A DNA stretch of 64,000 bases from Clostridia bacterium (GTDB lineage: Bacteria; Bacillota; Clostridia; Oscillospirales; CAG-272): contig CAAFYZ010000036.1 of NCBI GenBank assembly GCA_900767415.1, positions 21,084 to 85,083 of the forward strand, written 5' to 3'. Below the pieces are notes generated by a model. The model was not told where the DNA came from, searched no databases, and was given only the letters and a program-made list of their open reading frames with translations. This document shows, piece by piece, positions 35,528-45,667 of this stretch. Within the stretch, counting starts at the first letter, position 1, and the number at the start of each line of letters is the position of its first letter. The position numbers were made by a program, and so were the translations under genes.

Positions 35528-36517
35528 ATGTATACTGCAAAAGGGAACCGCTATGCCGACATGACCTATTCGCGATGCGGGAGATCGGGGCTGAAACTGC
35601 CCACTCTCTCCCTCGGACTCTGGCACAACTTCGGAGACACGGCTTCGTATGAAAATATGAAGGCCATGTGCTTCACGGCATTCGATCACGGCATCACGCA
35701 TTTTGACCTTGCCAACAACTACGGACCGGAACCGGGGAGCGCGGAGCGCAACTTCGGACGGATCCTGCGCGAAGAATTCGCCGCCTACCGCGACGAGATG
35801 ATCGTCAGTACGAAGGCGGGCTATACGATGTGGGACGGCCCTTACGGCGATTACGGCAGTCGCAAGTATCTGCTCGCCAGTCTCGACGCGAGTCTTTCGC
35901 GTCTCGGACTGCCGTATGTGGACATTTTCTACCACCATCGCCCCGACCCCGACACACCGCTCGAGGAGACGATGGGCGCGCTCGCACAGGCGGTCTTCAG
36001 CGGAAAGGCGCTTTACGCGGGACTCTCCAACTATAACGGAGAACAGCTTCGCCGCGCCGCACAAATCCTCGACGAGCTTCACTGTCCCTTCGTCATCAAT
36101 CAGAACCGCTACTCCATCTTCGACCGCACGATCGAACGGAACGGGTTGAAGGCGACCGCCGCCGAACTCGGGCGCGGGATCATCGCATTCAGTCCGCTCG
36201 CACAGGGACTTCTCACCGATCGGTATCTTGACGGGATCCCGAGCGACAGCCGGATCATGACCGACGGCAGATTCCTTCACGCGGACAGTCTGACCGAAGA
36301 AAAACTCGCGAAGATCCGTGCCCTTTCCGACATCGCCGCCGCCCGCGGGCAGTCGCTCGCGCAGATGGCGCTCGCATGGGATCTGCGGGACGGCGTCGTC
36401 ACCTCGGTGCTGATCGGCGCATCAAAGCCGTCGCAGATTCTCGACAACCTCGGTGCCCTTGCGAACACGCACTTTTCGGAAGACGAGCTTGCCGCGATCG
36501 ACAAACTCGGCGGCTGA
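35528..36517 (+). CDS. aldo/keto reductase (YghZ/L-glyceraldehyde-3-phosphate reductase-like)
   Basis: 329 aa. Blocks GLWHNFG, HFDLANNYG and STKAGY, with the typical AKR C-terminus. Confidence 0.85.
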   Translation: MYTAKGNRYADMTYSRCGRSGLKLPTLSLGLWHNFGDTASYENMKAMCFTAFDHGITHFDLANNYGPEPGSAERNFGRILREEFAAYRDEMIVSTKAGYTMWDGPYGDYGSRKYLLASLDASLSRLGLPYVDIFYHHRPDPDTPLEETMGALAQAVFSGKALYAGLSNYNGEQLRRAAQILDELHCPFVINQNRYSIFDRTIERNGLKATAAELGRGIIAFSPLAQGLLTDRYLDGIPSDSRIMTDGRFLHADSLTEEKLAKIRALSDIAAARGQSLAQMALAWDLRDGVVTSVLIGASKPSQILDNLGALANTHFSEDELAAIDKLGG

Positions 36518-36566
36518 GAGGAAAATCCCCGTCCGAACCCCGTAAAAATCCGTCGCAAATCCGACG

Positions 36567-36601
36567 AAAAAAGAGACTGTCAAGAAGGCAGTCTCTTTTT
36601 G
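36567..36601. terminator. bidirectional intrinsic terminator
   Basis: agagactg / cagtctct stem flanked by aaaaaa and ttttt. Lies between convergent genes. Confidence 0.7.
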
Positions 36602-36634
36602 CATAGCATTGCTTTGCATGAGAACAAAGTTTTC

Positions 36635-37894
36635 TCATCCCTTCGCCGACGTGATCTCTTCGATCAGTTCCGAGATGATATTGTTTCCGTAGAACACGCC
36701 GTCGCGCGTCAGGGTCACAAGATCCTCCGTGAAGGTGAGATATCCCGCGTCCGAGAAGGCGGAGAGTTTTTCCTCAAAGAGGTACGAGAGGTCGATCCCG
36801 AGCCGCTCCGAATAAGGGGAGAGGTGCGCCGCGCCTTTTTGAAGCGCGTAGATCAGAGAGTCGAGCACCCGGTATTCGGGGCGCAACACCCGTCCGCGGG
36901 AGGAGATCCGTATCCCGTCCGAAAGATTCCCGACGGCGTGCGAGTTATGGTAAAAATAATTTTCGATATTCCCGCCCGCTCCGTGTCCGAGAGCGATACA
37001 ACTGCCTCCGCTGTGACGGATCTCCATATAGTCGTAGCGATCCCGCCCGTCTTTTACGAGTTTGGTCAGCTCGAGCATACGGTATCCGTGCGGCACGAGA
37101 CGGTCGAAGATCCGATCGAAGAGCGCACGCTCTCTTTCCGTATTCCGCATGGCTTCTTTCGTCGCGTCGTCAAGGCGGCGGTAAAGGGGCGTTTTTTCAT
37201 GCAATATCAGGGAATAGAGGGAGACGCCGGCGACATTGAGTGCCGCGAGGGTGTCGAGATCCCGATCCAGCACCTCGTCGCTCTCACCCGGGGTGTTGTA
37301 AATCAGATCGACACCCGTATTCGTAATCCCTGCGCGGATTGCCGCCGCGACACGGGAGGCGGCGAACTCTCCGCTCCCGCGCCTGCCGAGCAACTTCCGC
37401 GTCGCATCGTCAAAGGTCTGGATTCCGACGGACAGGCGGTTGACCCCGCCCTCCCGCAGGACTTCGATCATCTCGTCGGAGAGTTCGGTCGCCGAAGTTT
37501 CGACGCTGATCTCCGCCCCCTTCGCAATCGTGAAGTTTTCGTGCAGTGCCGAGAGCACCGCCCGCATCTGCGCGGGGGCAAGGGAGGTCGGCGTCCCGCC
37601 GCCGAAGTTGACGGCGTCGATCGGCGCCTTCATGTACGGGTAGTCCCGCACCTCGTGCATCTTTGCGACAAGATAGTTGTGGTAGTCCCGTCTTGACAGC
37701 TCGTCCGGGCGGTGAAAGGGACAGAAGGAGCAGACCTTGTTGCAGAAGGGGACGTGCAGATAGATCGCCCGCCGACTTGTCGGCGGTGTCGCGAGGACGG
37801 CGGAAAGATAGTCTCCGCCGCCCTCCTCCGTCATGTATTTTTTCTTCAGATCACGCGATGCGTCATGATGACTTTTGTATCGAATTGTAAACAT
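36635..37894 (-). CDS. HemN-family radical SAM enzyme, ChuW/HutW-like (putative anaerobic heme-degrading methyltransferase)
   Basis: YLHVPFCNKVCSFCPF (CxxxCxxC), GGGTPTSL, VSLYSL. Last gene of an iron-chelate/heme ABC operon. The ChuW/HutW assignment is by context. Confidence 0.6.
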   Translation of the reverse strand: MFTIRYKSHHDASRDLKKKYMTEEGGGDYLSAVLATPPTSRRAIYLHVPFCNKVCSFCPFHRPDELSRRDYHNYLVAKMHEVRDYPYMKAPIDAVNFGGGTPTSLAPAQMRAVLSALHENFTIAKGAEISVETSATELSDEMIEVLREGGVNRLSVGIQTFDDATRKLLGRRGSGEFAASRVAAAIRAGITNTGVDLIYNTPGESDEVLDRDLDTLAALNVAGVSLYSLILHEKTPLYRRLDDATKEAMRNTERERALFDRIFDRLVPHGYRMLELTKLVKDGRDRYDYMEIRHSGGSCIALGHGAGGNIENYFYHNSHAVGNLSDGIRISSRGRVLRPEYRVLDSLIYALQKGAAHLSPYSERLGIDLSYLFEEKLSAFSDAGYLTFTEDLVTLTRDGVFYGNNIISELIEEITSAKG

Positions 37895-39030
37895 TACTTT
37901 TCTTTTTTGAAAGAAAACGCAACGTCGGGGTAGAGAATCTCCGCGAGTTTCTGATACGCCTCGGCAAAACGGCTGTTCGGCTTGTTGTGGAAGAGCGTCT
38001 TTTCAAGGTAGAAGACCTTACCGTTTTGAACCGCACGCAGTGACTGCCAGACGGGATTGTCTCCATAGTTTTTTTTCACCTGTTCCTTTGCCGCATCGAT
38101 GCCTGCGTGGCACTGGACGACGATGATGTCGGGGTTCGCCGCGAAGACGGTCTCAAGGTTGATTTCGAGACGGCCGGCGCCCGCGCTGTTCTCCCAGTCG
38201 TCGACGATGTTCTTCGCCTTCATCGCACTCACCATGCCGCCGACCACGGTCAGGGAAGTATTCGCCTCGAGTTTGCTCGCGTTGGCGAACATACTGAAGA
38301 CGCGGGGAGCCCCCTCATCCGGGATCTCGCACAGCATGTCGACCACATCGTCGAGTGCCTTCATGGCGACGCTGTCCCAGAGTTCGGGGTGACCCGAGAG
38401 ATTGCAGAAGACTTTGAACCATTTGAGATAGTCCGAAAAATCGTCGTACTTCATCGCGATGACGGGGATGTTCGCCGCCTTCGCCGGTGCTTCCACGGTG
38501 GAATAGCCGCTCATCGCCGTCGAACAGATGATCAGCTCGGGGTTCAGCGCGACGATTTTTTCCGTATCCCACTTTTTCCCCGACGAAGAGGTGGCGACCA
38601 CCGTCATACCTTCGTCCTTCGTGATGTCTCTTCCGATATATTCTTTGTAGAGATCCTGCGAGGAAGTGCCGCCGATACAGCCGATGACGCTCCCGCCCGC
38701 CTCATACCAGAGGGTGGTAAAACTCGCATAAAGATTCAGAACTTTCGCGGGGTTCTTCTTGATCGTGACGGTGGAGCCGTCCGTCGAGGTCGCGTCCTTG
38801 AAGGTGACGGAATCTTCCTTCACGATCACCTCGTCGGCGGCAGTTAAGAATCCGGCTTTCAGTGTCGCTTTCCGCTCGTCTTTTGCGTTGTCGTCCGCGG
38901 GGGTATTCTTGTCACCCGACGGGGTGGTGCCGCCCGAAGGGTTGTTCGGTGTCTCGGGCGTTTTCGCACAGGAGGTGAGGGCGCCTGCCAGAAGGCAGAG
39001 GCAGAGAAGCAGGGTAAAAAATCTTTTCAT
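37894..39030 (-). CDS. iron-chelate/heme-type ABC transporter substrate-binding lipoprotein
   Basis: Lipobox LLAGALTSC. Class III (FhuD/BtuF/HmuT-like) pattern ...KIVALNPELIICS...NPDIIVV. TAATG junction with the downstream radical SAM gene. Confidence 0.75.
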   Translation of the reverse strand: MKRFFTLLLCLCLLAGALTSCAKTPETPNNPSGGTTPSGDKNTPADDNAKDERKATLKAGFLTAADEVIVKEDSVTFKDATSTDGSTVTIKKNPAKVLNLYASFTTLWYEAGGSVIGCIGGTSSQDLYKEYIGRDITKDEGMTVVATSSSGKKWDTEKIVALNPELIICSTAMSGYSTVEAPAKAANIPVIAMKYDDFSDYLKWFKVFCNLSGHPELWDSVAMKALDDVVDMLCEIPDEGAPRVFSMFANASKLEANTSLTVVGGMVSAMKAKNIVDDWENSAGAGRLEINLETVFAANPDIIVVQCHAGIDAAKEQVKKNYGDNPVWQSLRAVQNGKVFYLEKTLFHNKPNSRFAEAYQKLAEILYPDVAFSFKKEK

Positions 39031-39062
39031 TTGTTTTTCTCCTTAAAAATATAGAATTTATT

Positions 39063-39863
39063 TTATTTTGCGGCAAAGACTGTCCTTTGCGGAATAAAAT
39101 ACGGGCACCCGTGAAGCGGGTCTTCGTAAACGGCGGCTTCAATCTCGAAGATGTCGCGCAGATGTTTTTCCGTCACCATCTCTTCGGGCGTCCCCGCCGC
39201 GAAGAGGGTGCCCCCTCGGATCGCCGCCAGAAGATCCGAGTAGCGGGCGGCAAGATTGATGTCATGGAGTACCATCACGATCGTGATTCCGAGCGCGCGG
39301 TTGAGATGTCGGATCAGTTCGAGTACTTCGACCTGATAACTCACGTCGAGGTAGGTGGTCGGCTCGTCGAGGATCAGGATCTCCGGCTCCTGTGCGATCG
39401 TCATGGCGATCCACGCGCGCTGTCTTTCCCCGCCCGAGAGGGTGGAGAGAATCCGCTCTCCGAGATGGGAGAGACCCGTCATAGAGAGCGCGCGGTCGAT
39501 GATCTCACCGTCTTTTTCCGTCAGCCCCCTCCCGAAACGGGAGTAGGGGAATCTTCCGTAGGACACCAGCGTGCGCACGTCGATGTCGGGGGGAGACTCA
39601 TGGACCTGCGAGAGATAGGCGATCTTCCGTGCCAACTCTTTCGGCGGGTAGGAAGAAAGTTTCTTCCCCCGATAGACGACCTCGCCGCCCAGCGGAGAGA
39701 CCGCACGGGAGACGGTTTTGAGCAGGGTGGACTTCCCGCAGCCGTTCTGACCGATCAGCGTGACGACCTTCCCGCGCGGAATTTCGAGCGTCAGCCCGCG
39801 CAGAACCTCTTTTTTTCCGTAGTCCGCGTAAATATCGCGAAATCCGAAGTACATCCCCCTCAC
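39063..39863 (-). CDS. iron-chelate/heme ABC transporter ATP-binding protein (FecE/HmuV-like)
   Basis: GQNGCGKSTLL, LSGGERQRAWIAMTIAQ, LILDEPTTYLD. Confidence 0.88.
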   Translation of the reverse strand: MRGMYFGFRDIYADYGKKEVLRGLTLEIPRGKVVTLIGQNGCGKSTLLKTVSRAVSPLGGEVVYRGKKLSSYPPKELARKIAYLSQVHESPPDIDVRTLVSYGRFPYSRFGRGLTEKDGEIIDRALSMTGLSHLGERILSTLSGGERQRAWIAMTIAQEPEILILDEPTTYLDVSYQVEVLELIRHLNRALGITIVMVLHDINLAARYSDLLAAIRGGTLFAAGTPEEMVTEKHLRDIFEIEAAVYEDPLHGCPYFIPQRTVFAAK

Positions 39864-40912
39864 CCCCTTTTTCCTTCTCTCGTGCGGAGAAGGTAGAGAA
39901 AGAAGGGCGCGCCGATGAAGGAGAGAATGATGCTGACAGGGACCTCTCCGGGCGGCAGGATCACCCGCCCGATCGTGTCGCAGATACAGACAAGGGAAAA
40001 GCCGAGCAGAGCGGACGCCGGGAAGAGATATTTATAATCCGACCCCACAAGGAGTCTCGCAATATGCGGTACGACCAGTCCGACGAAACTGATGAGCCCC
40101 GCGACGGCGATCGCCGCGCCTGCGAGCAGGGAGGACACCGCAATCAGAAAAAAGCGGAACAGTTCGGTTCGGAGTCCGAGGGCATTTGCCGTCTCGTCTC
40201 CGAGCATCAGAATGTTCATGCGGGAGGGAAGGAACGCGCAGATGAAGATTCCCGCCGCCGCGTAGGGTAAAATCATGGGCAAGCTCTTCCAGCCGACCCC
40301 GTTCAGTCCCCCGACAAGGAAGCCGGAGGCGTTGCCGAGCGACTCGGCGAAGAAGGTCTTGATGATGTCGTTGAAAGCACCGAACAGCGCGGACACCGCC
40401 ATGCCGGAAAGAATCATTTTGACCGGGGAGACGCCCTTCTGATACGCCAACGCATAGATCAGCATCGTGGTGGCGAAGGCGCCGAGAATGGAGCCGATCG
40501 GGAGAAGAGAAGAATACGCGGGGAAGGCGACGAGCGTCAGATAACCGATAAAACTCGCGCCGCCCGTCACACCGATGGTGGAAGGGGACGCCATGGTATT
40601 GCGCATGACCCCCTGCAGAATACAGCCGGAGAGGGAGAGACACACGCCCACGAGCCCGCCGATCAGCACACGGGGGAAGCGCAGGTTCCACACGAGCAGG
40701 CGCGCCATGCTGCCGTCATCGACAAACAGTGCCTTCGCCACCTCGGGGATCGGGATTTTCACACTGCCGATGCCCGTACAGACCAGCACCGAGAAGACGG
40801 AGATCACTCCGAAGACGAGGATTACGGCGAGTTTTGCCGCCCGCCGCCTCGCGCCGATGCCGACCGCCGCCTCTCCGTGCGGTGCGGGGGCAGAAACCGT
40901 TTTTCTTTTCAT
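39860..40912 (-). CDS. iron-chelate/heme ABC transporter permease (FecCD/HmuU-like)
   Basis: 350-aa polytopic protein with FecCD-family blocks (LSGCILQGVMRNTMASPSTIGV, LGDETANALG). Overlaps both neighbouring genes by 4 nt. Confidence 0.88.
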   Translation of the reverse strand: MKRKTVSAPAPHGEAAVGIGARRRAAKLAVILVFGVISVFSVLVCTGIGSVKIPIPEVAKALFVDDGSMARLLVWNLRFPRVLIGGLVGVCLSLSGCILQGVMRNTMASPSTIGVTGGASFIGYLTLVAFPAYSSLLPIGSILGAFATTMLIYALAYQKGVSPVKMILSGMAVSALFGAFNDIIKTFFAESLGNASGFLVGGLNGVGWKSLPMILPYAAAGIFICAFLPSRMNILMLGDETANALGLRTELFRFFLIAVSSLLAGAAIAVAGLISFVGLVVPHIARLLVGSDYKYLFPASALLGFSLVCICDTIGRVILPPGEVPVSIILSFIGAPFFLYLLRTREGKRG

Positions 40913-41826
40913 GCTTTTTTGAGGAACTCCGCGACCGCGAGGCGCGCCCCTTCCAACTCTTCGGCGTTCGGGTGCCCGAGCGATTCCTTCTGCTTTTCAA
41001 AGCGCTCCATCGAGAGATGCCCTTTTTCTCCTTTGGGGATTCTCGTGCGGGCGAAGGTGCGGCGCAGATCGATGCTCCCACGGCACAGATAATGCCCGAG
41101 CAGGGTGTTGTGTTCGGACGCCAGAGCGATGACGTTTTCCGTGACTTTGGCGGCGTGCGCCGTATCGGTCGCGACGCCGAGCGTACCGATCACGATCAGT
41201 TTTTTGCCGTGCATACGGGCGATCAGGTCGATGGTGTCGTCGTCCGCCGTCCCGTGGTTGCACCAGTAGGAGAGGACGAAGGTGTCGAATTTGTCGATCA
41301 CCTCGTCGGTGATATAACGGATATTGTAGGGTCCCACATGGTCGGGCACCGCCTCTGCCGCCGCCGCGGCGAGTTTGTAGCCGTTGCCCGTGATGGTGGA
41401 GAAGATGACAGGCACCGTGTTTTTAAGATCCGGGCGGCTCTCTTTTTTACAGACGAGCGTCCCGCCGAGTGCCTTCGCCTCTTCTTCCGTCGCCGCGGGG
41501 GAGAGCATGACGCATCTTGCCGCCCGTCCGACGCGCAGGATGCTGTCGACCGTCTCTTCTTTGCCTGCGATCCCGCCGAAGAGTGCGCACTTTTTCCCGG
41601 GAAGATAGGGAAGAGAGCGGGAGAAGAGGGACAGGAGATCCTCCGTCGGAGATGCCGTTCCGAGTCCGAACGCCGCCGCATCGTATCCGATGAGAACCGC
41701 GGGATCGACCGTAGCATCGAAGCGACCGACATCGGCGCCGTTTTCCACTGCCCCTGTGGCGAGTGCTTCCGCCATTTTTTCGAGCGTTCCCTCTTTTTGT
41801 AAACAAATGATTGCAAGTCTTGACAT
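40909..41826 (-). CDS. flavodoxin-family protein (two flavodoxin-like halves)
   Basis: 305 aa. The N-terminal half (IICLQKEGTLEKMAEAL...FGLGT) and second half (VIFSTITGNGYKLA...SYWCNHGTADDD) both resemble flavodoxin-like folds. First gene of the heme operon. Confidence 0.55.
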   Translation of the reverse strand: MSRLAIICLQKEGTLEKMAEALATGAVENGADVGRFDATVDPAVLIGYDAAAFGLGTASPTEDLLSLFSRSLPYLPGKKCALFGGIAGKEETVDSILRVGRAARCVMLSPAATEEEAKALGGTLVCKKESRPDLKNTVPVIFSTITGNGYKLAAAAAEAVPDHVGPYNIRYITDEVIDKFDTFVLSYWCNHGTADDDTIDLIARMHGKKLIVIGTLGVATDTAHAAKVTENVIALASEHNTLLGHYLCRGSIDLRRTFARTRIPKGEKGHLSMERFEKQKESLGHPNAEELEGARLAVAEFLKKA

Positions 41827-41844
41827 ATATCCTCCTTAATTTAT

Positions 41845-41862
41845 GGTTAGCAATCGCTAACC
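41845..41862. promoter_or_regulatory. palindrome GGTTAGC-aatc-GCTAACC (candidate operator or RNA hairpin) next to the RBS
   Basis: Perfect 7-bp arms. Ends 5 nt upstream of the AAGGAGG of the flavodoxin gene. Confidence 0.5.
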
Positions 41863-41935
41863 GCCGCGTCGAAAAAGAAACCGTACAAAACGGTTTTTTT
41901 CTTCCTCTTTTTCGGAGCGACACGCTTCTTATTGA

Positions 41936-41951
41936 GTTAGCGTCCGCTAAC
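41936..41951. promoter_or_regulatory. palindrome GTTAGC-gtcc-GCTAAC (candidate operator) just downstream of the -10
   Basis: Perfect 6-bp arms with the same half-site as 41845-41862. Centres are 90 bp apart. Confidence 0.5.
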
Positions 41952-41962
41952 CGAACGCTTGT

Positions 41963-41991
41963 AGTATAGCATACGCAAAACGCTTTGTCAA
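41963..41991 (-). promoter_or_regulatory. sigma-A type promoter of the heme uptake/degradation operon
   Basis: Minus strand: TTGACA (41991-41986), 17-nt spacer, TATACT (41968-41963). Confidence 0.7.
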
Positions 41992-42292
41992 GGGGTTTGT
42001 ATGTAAAATTTTTGAAAGCGGGCGGCGACACCGTTAAAAGACGGCTTTTACCGCGTGTCGCAGGATTCACGTGCAGGGGGGGGCGACCATCGGTCGTATG
42101 TCTTTTGCCACCGTCCGGAAAGCGAACGGAAAACGGGTGGGAGACGGCGGCGCGGCGTCTTTGACGATCGGGACGACGGACATGGGGTTTTCGGCGGGAG
42201 AGCGTTTTCTTCTCCCGAAAGGCAAGAAACCGCCCGTAGCACGGCGGTTTTCTTCTTTTTCGATAAAAATCCGAAAAAATTTGCAAAAAGGT

Positions 42293-42321
42293 TTGCAATT
42301 CGGGTAAAAATGTGCTATACT
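42293..42321 (+). promoter_or_regulatory. sigma-A type promoter of typA
   Basis: TTGCAA (42293-42298), 17-nt spacer, TATACT (42316-42321). Confidence 0.6.
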
Positions 42322-42378
42322 GTCTAAGTTAGAAAAAAATACCTGTATTTTCAGGCGTCAAGAGGAATTCGGAGTTAT

Positions 42379-44223
<1,845 letters not shown>

Positions 44224-44288
44224 ATTCCTCCGTTTTCGCGATGCGGCAAAAGACGATCGGAAGATAGGCATATTCCGTACATTCCCTA

Positions 44289-44317
44289 TTGACAAACGGG
44301 AAGAGTGCGAGTATAAT
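44289..44317 (+). promoter_or_regulatory. sigma-A type promoter of the FMN riboswitch-ribU unit
   Basis: TTGACA (44289-44294), 17-nt spacer, TATAAT (44312-44317). Confidence 0.7.
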
Positions 44318-44337
44318 AAGAGTATAAATCATATAGA

Positions 44338-44451
44338 CGGTTTCTTTGGGGATTGGTGAAATTCCATACCGGCAGTAAAGTCTGCGAGGCATATGCCTGA
44401 CGGGGTGCGATTCCCCGACCGACGGTAAAGTCCGGAAGAGAAAAGAAACGG
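44338..44451 (+). promoter_or_regulatory. FMN riboswitch (RFN element) aptamer
   Basis: P1 gtttctt/aagaaac. Conserved cores ggggattGGTGAAATTCCataCCGGCaGTAAAGtc and GGGGTGcGATTCCccgaCCGACgGTAAAGTCcGGAagaGA match the RFN consensus as I recall it. Confidence 0.85.
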
Positions 44452-44497
44452 CGGGCATATCGCTTTTTGCGTGTGACACCCTACTTTTTGTGAAAAT

Positions 44498-44534
44498 ATC
44501 CCCGTGGGCTCATAGAAGTCCGCGGGGATTTTTC
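44498..44534 (+). terminator. riboswitch expression-platform terminator
   Basis: atccccgtgg / ccgcggggat stem with a 12-nt loop, followed by ttttt. Upstream of the ribU start. Confidence 0.7.
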
Positions 44535-44561
44535 TCGGAAACCGCTCGGAAAAGAGGGGTT

Positions 44562-45245
44562 ATGAAAACCATGAACAGCAAAAGAAAAAACCAAAATCGG
44601 AAAATCACGGAAGCCGTCGTCGGCATCGCCATGTTCGCGGCACTTGCCTACGGCGTGACCTTTGTCTTCCGGATTCCCGTCTCCTTTCTGACCTTCGACG
44701 CAAAGGACGCGGTCATCACCGTCGCCTCCTTCGTCTACGGTCCGATTGCCGGGATCGTGATGTCCCTGCTTACCGCTTTGATCGAACTTTTCACGGTCAG
44801 CGGCACGGGCTTTTACGGCTTTGTGATGAACTTTGTCTCTTCGGCGGTCTTCGCCGCGACGGCGTCGGGGATTTATAAACTGTGGCGCAATCCGCGCGGC
44901 GCGGTGCTCGGACCCGTTCTTGCCGTGCTGACCATGACGGGGACCATGCTCCTTATGAACCTTTGGATCACGCCGATCTACATGGGTGCACCGCGGGATC
45001 AGGTCGTCGCCATGATTCCGACGCTTCTCTTTCCCTTCAACCTTGCAAAAGGACTTCTGAACGCCGCCCTCGCCATGCTCCTGTATAAGCCGCTGTCGGT
45101 CGCGCTCTCCCGCGCGGGTCTTGTCGGACGCGGAGAAGAGAAAAAGTCCTTCTCGTGGAACCGCACGAGCATTCTGATCGCCGTCGTCTCCCTTCTCATG
45201 ATCGCCGCCGCCGTTATCCTGTTCGTCTTTTTGAAACAGAAATAA
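44562..45245 (+). CDS. ribU: ECF transporter S component for riboflavin
   Basis: ORF 44490 (GTG) trimmed to ATG 44562 behind AGAGGGG. Multi-TM S-component pattern. Sits directly behind an FMN riboswitch. Confidence 0.8.
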   Translation: MKTMNSKRKNQNRKITEAVVGIAMFAALAYGVTFVFRIPVSFLTFDAKDAVITVASFVYGPIAGIVMSLLTALIELFTVSGTGFYGFVMNFVSSAVFAATASGIYKLWRNPRGAVLGPVLAVLTMTGTMLLMNLWITPIYMGAPRDQVVAMIPTLLFPFNLAKGLLNAALAMLLYKPLSVALSRAGLVGRGEEKKSFSWNRTSILIAVVSLLMIAAAVILFVFLKQK

Positions 45246-45246
45246 A

Positions 45247-45284
45247 CGAAAAGTACCGCAAGGTTTTCCTTGCGGTACTTTTGT
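45247..45284. terminator. bidirectional intrinsic terminator
   Basis: 13-bp stem aagtaccgcaagg / ccttgcggtactt with loop tttt. Lies between convergent ribU and the RNHCP gene. Confidence 0.75.
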
Positions 45285-45312
45285 TGCCTCCGCTCTTTGC
45301 TCGGATGCGGGT

Positions 45313-45642
45313 TTACGGCTTGCCCGCCGTCAGGCGGATGAGAAGAGACATATTGTCGGGTTGCACCTTCGCCTCGTGCGCCGCACGGTTACGGACGACA
45401 GCACCGCACCTGTCACAGCGCTGAATCACGATGAACCCCTTTTTCGGGTCGGGGGCGGCACCGATCGGACGGAGCACGCCGTGGCAGGGATTCGCCCTGT
45501 CCCCGGGGAGAATATCCACGTGCAAGGAGCAAAGGCAGAACGGACAGTGATTGCGGGAGGTGTACCCGAGGGGCAAAACCTCGCGTCCGCAGTTCACGCA
45601 GATGAATCCGTCGTCCTTCTTTTGAAATCGTTTGGTTTCCAT
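45313..45642 (-). CDS. RNHCP domain protein (Cys-rich)
   Basis: ORF trimmed to METKRFQKK. Contains the literal RNHCPFC motif plus CVNCG and CDRCG pairs. Confidence 0.7.
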   Translation of the reverse strand: METKRFQKKDDGFICVNCGREVLPLGYTSRNHCPFCLCSLHVDILPGDRANPCHGVLRPIGAAPDPKKGFIVIQRCDRCGAVVRNRAAHEAKVQPDNMSLLIRLTAGKP

Positions 45643-45667
45643 AATATTCTCTTTTGCAAAGTATTCT

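Noticed and set aside
44490-44561. GTG start at 44490 for the ribU ORF, as given in the ORF track.
   Set aside because: That N-terminal extension would be translated from inside the riboswitch terminator hairpin (44498-44534). ATG 44562 has an RBS, and the membrane protein begins there.
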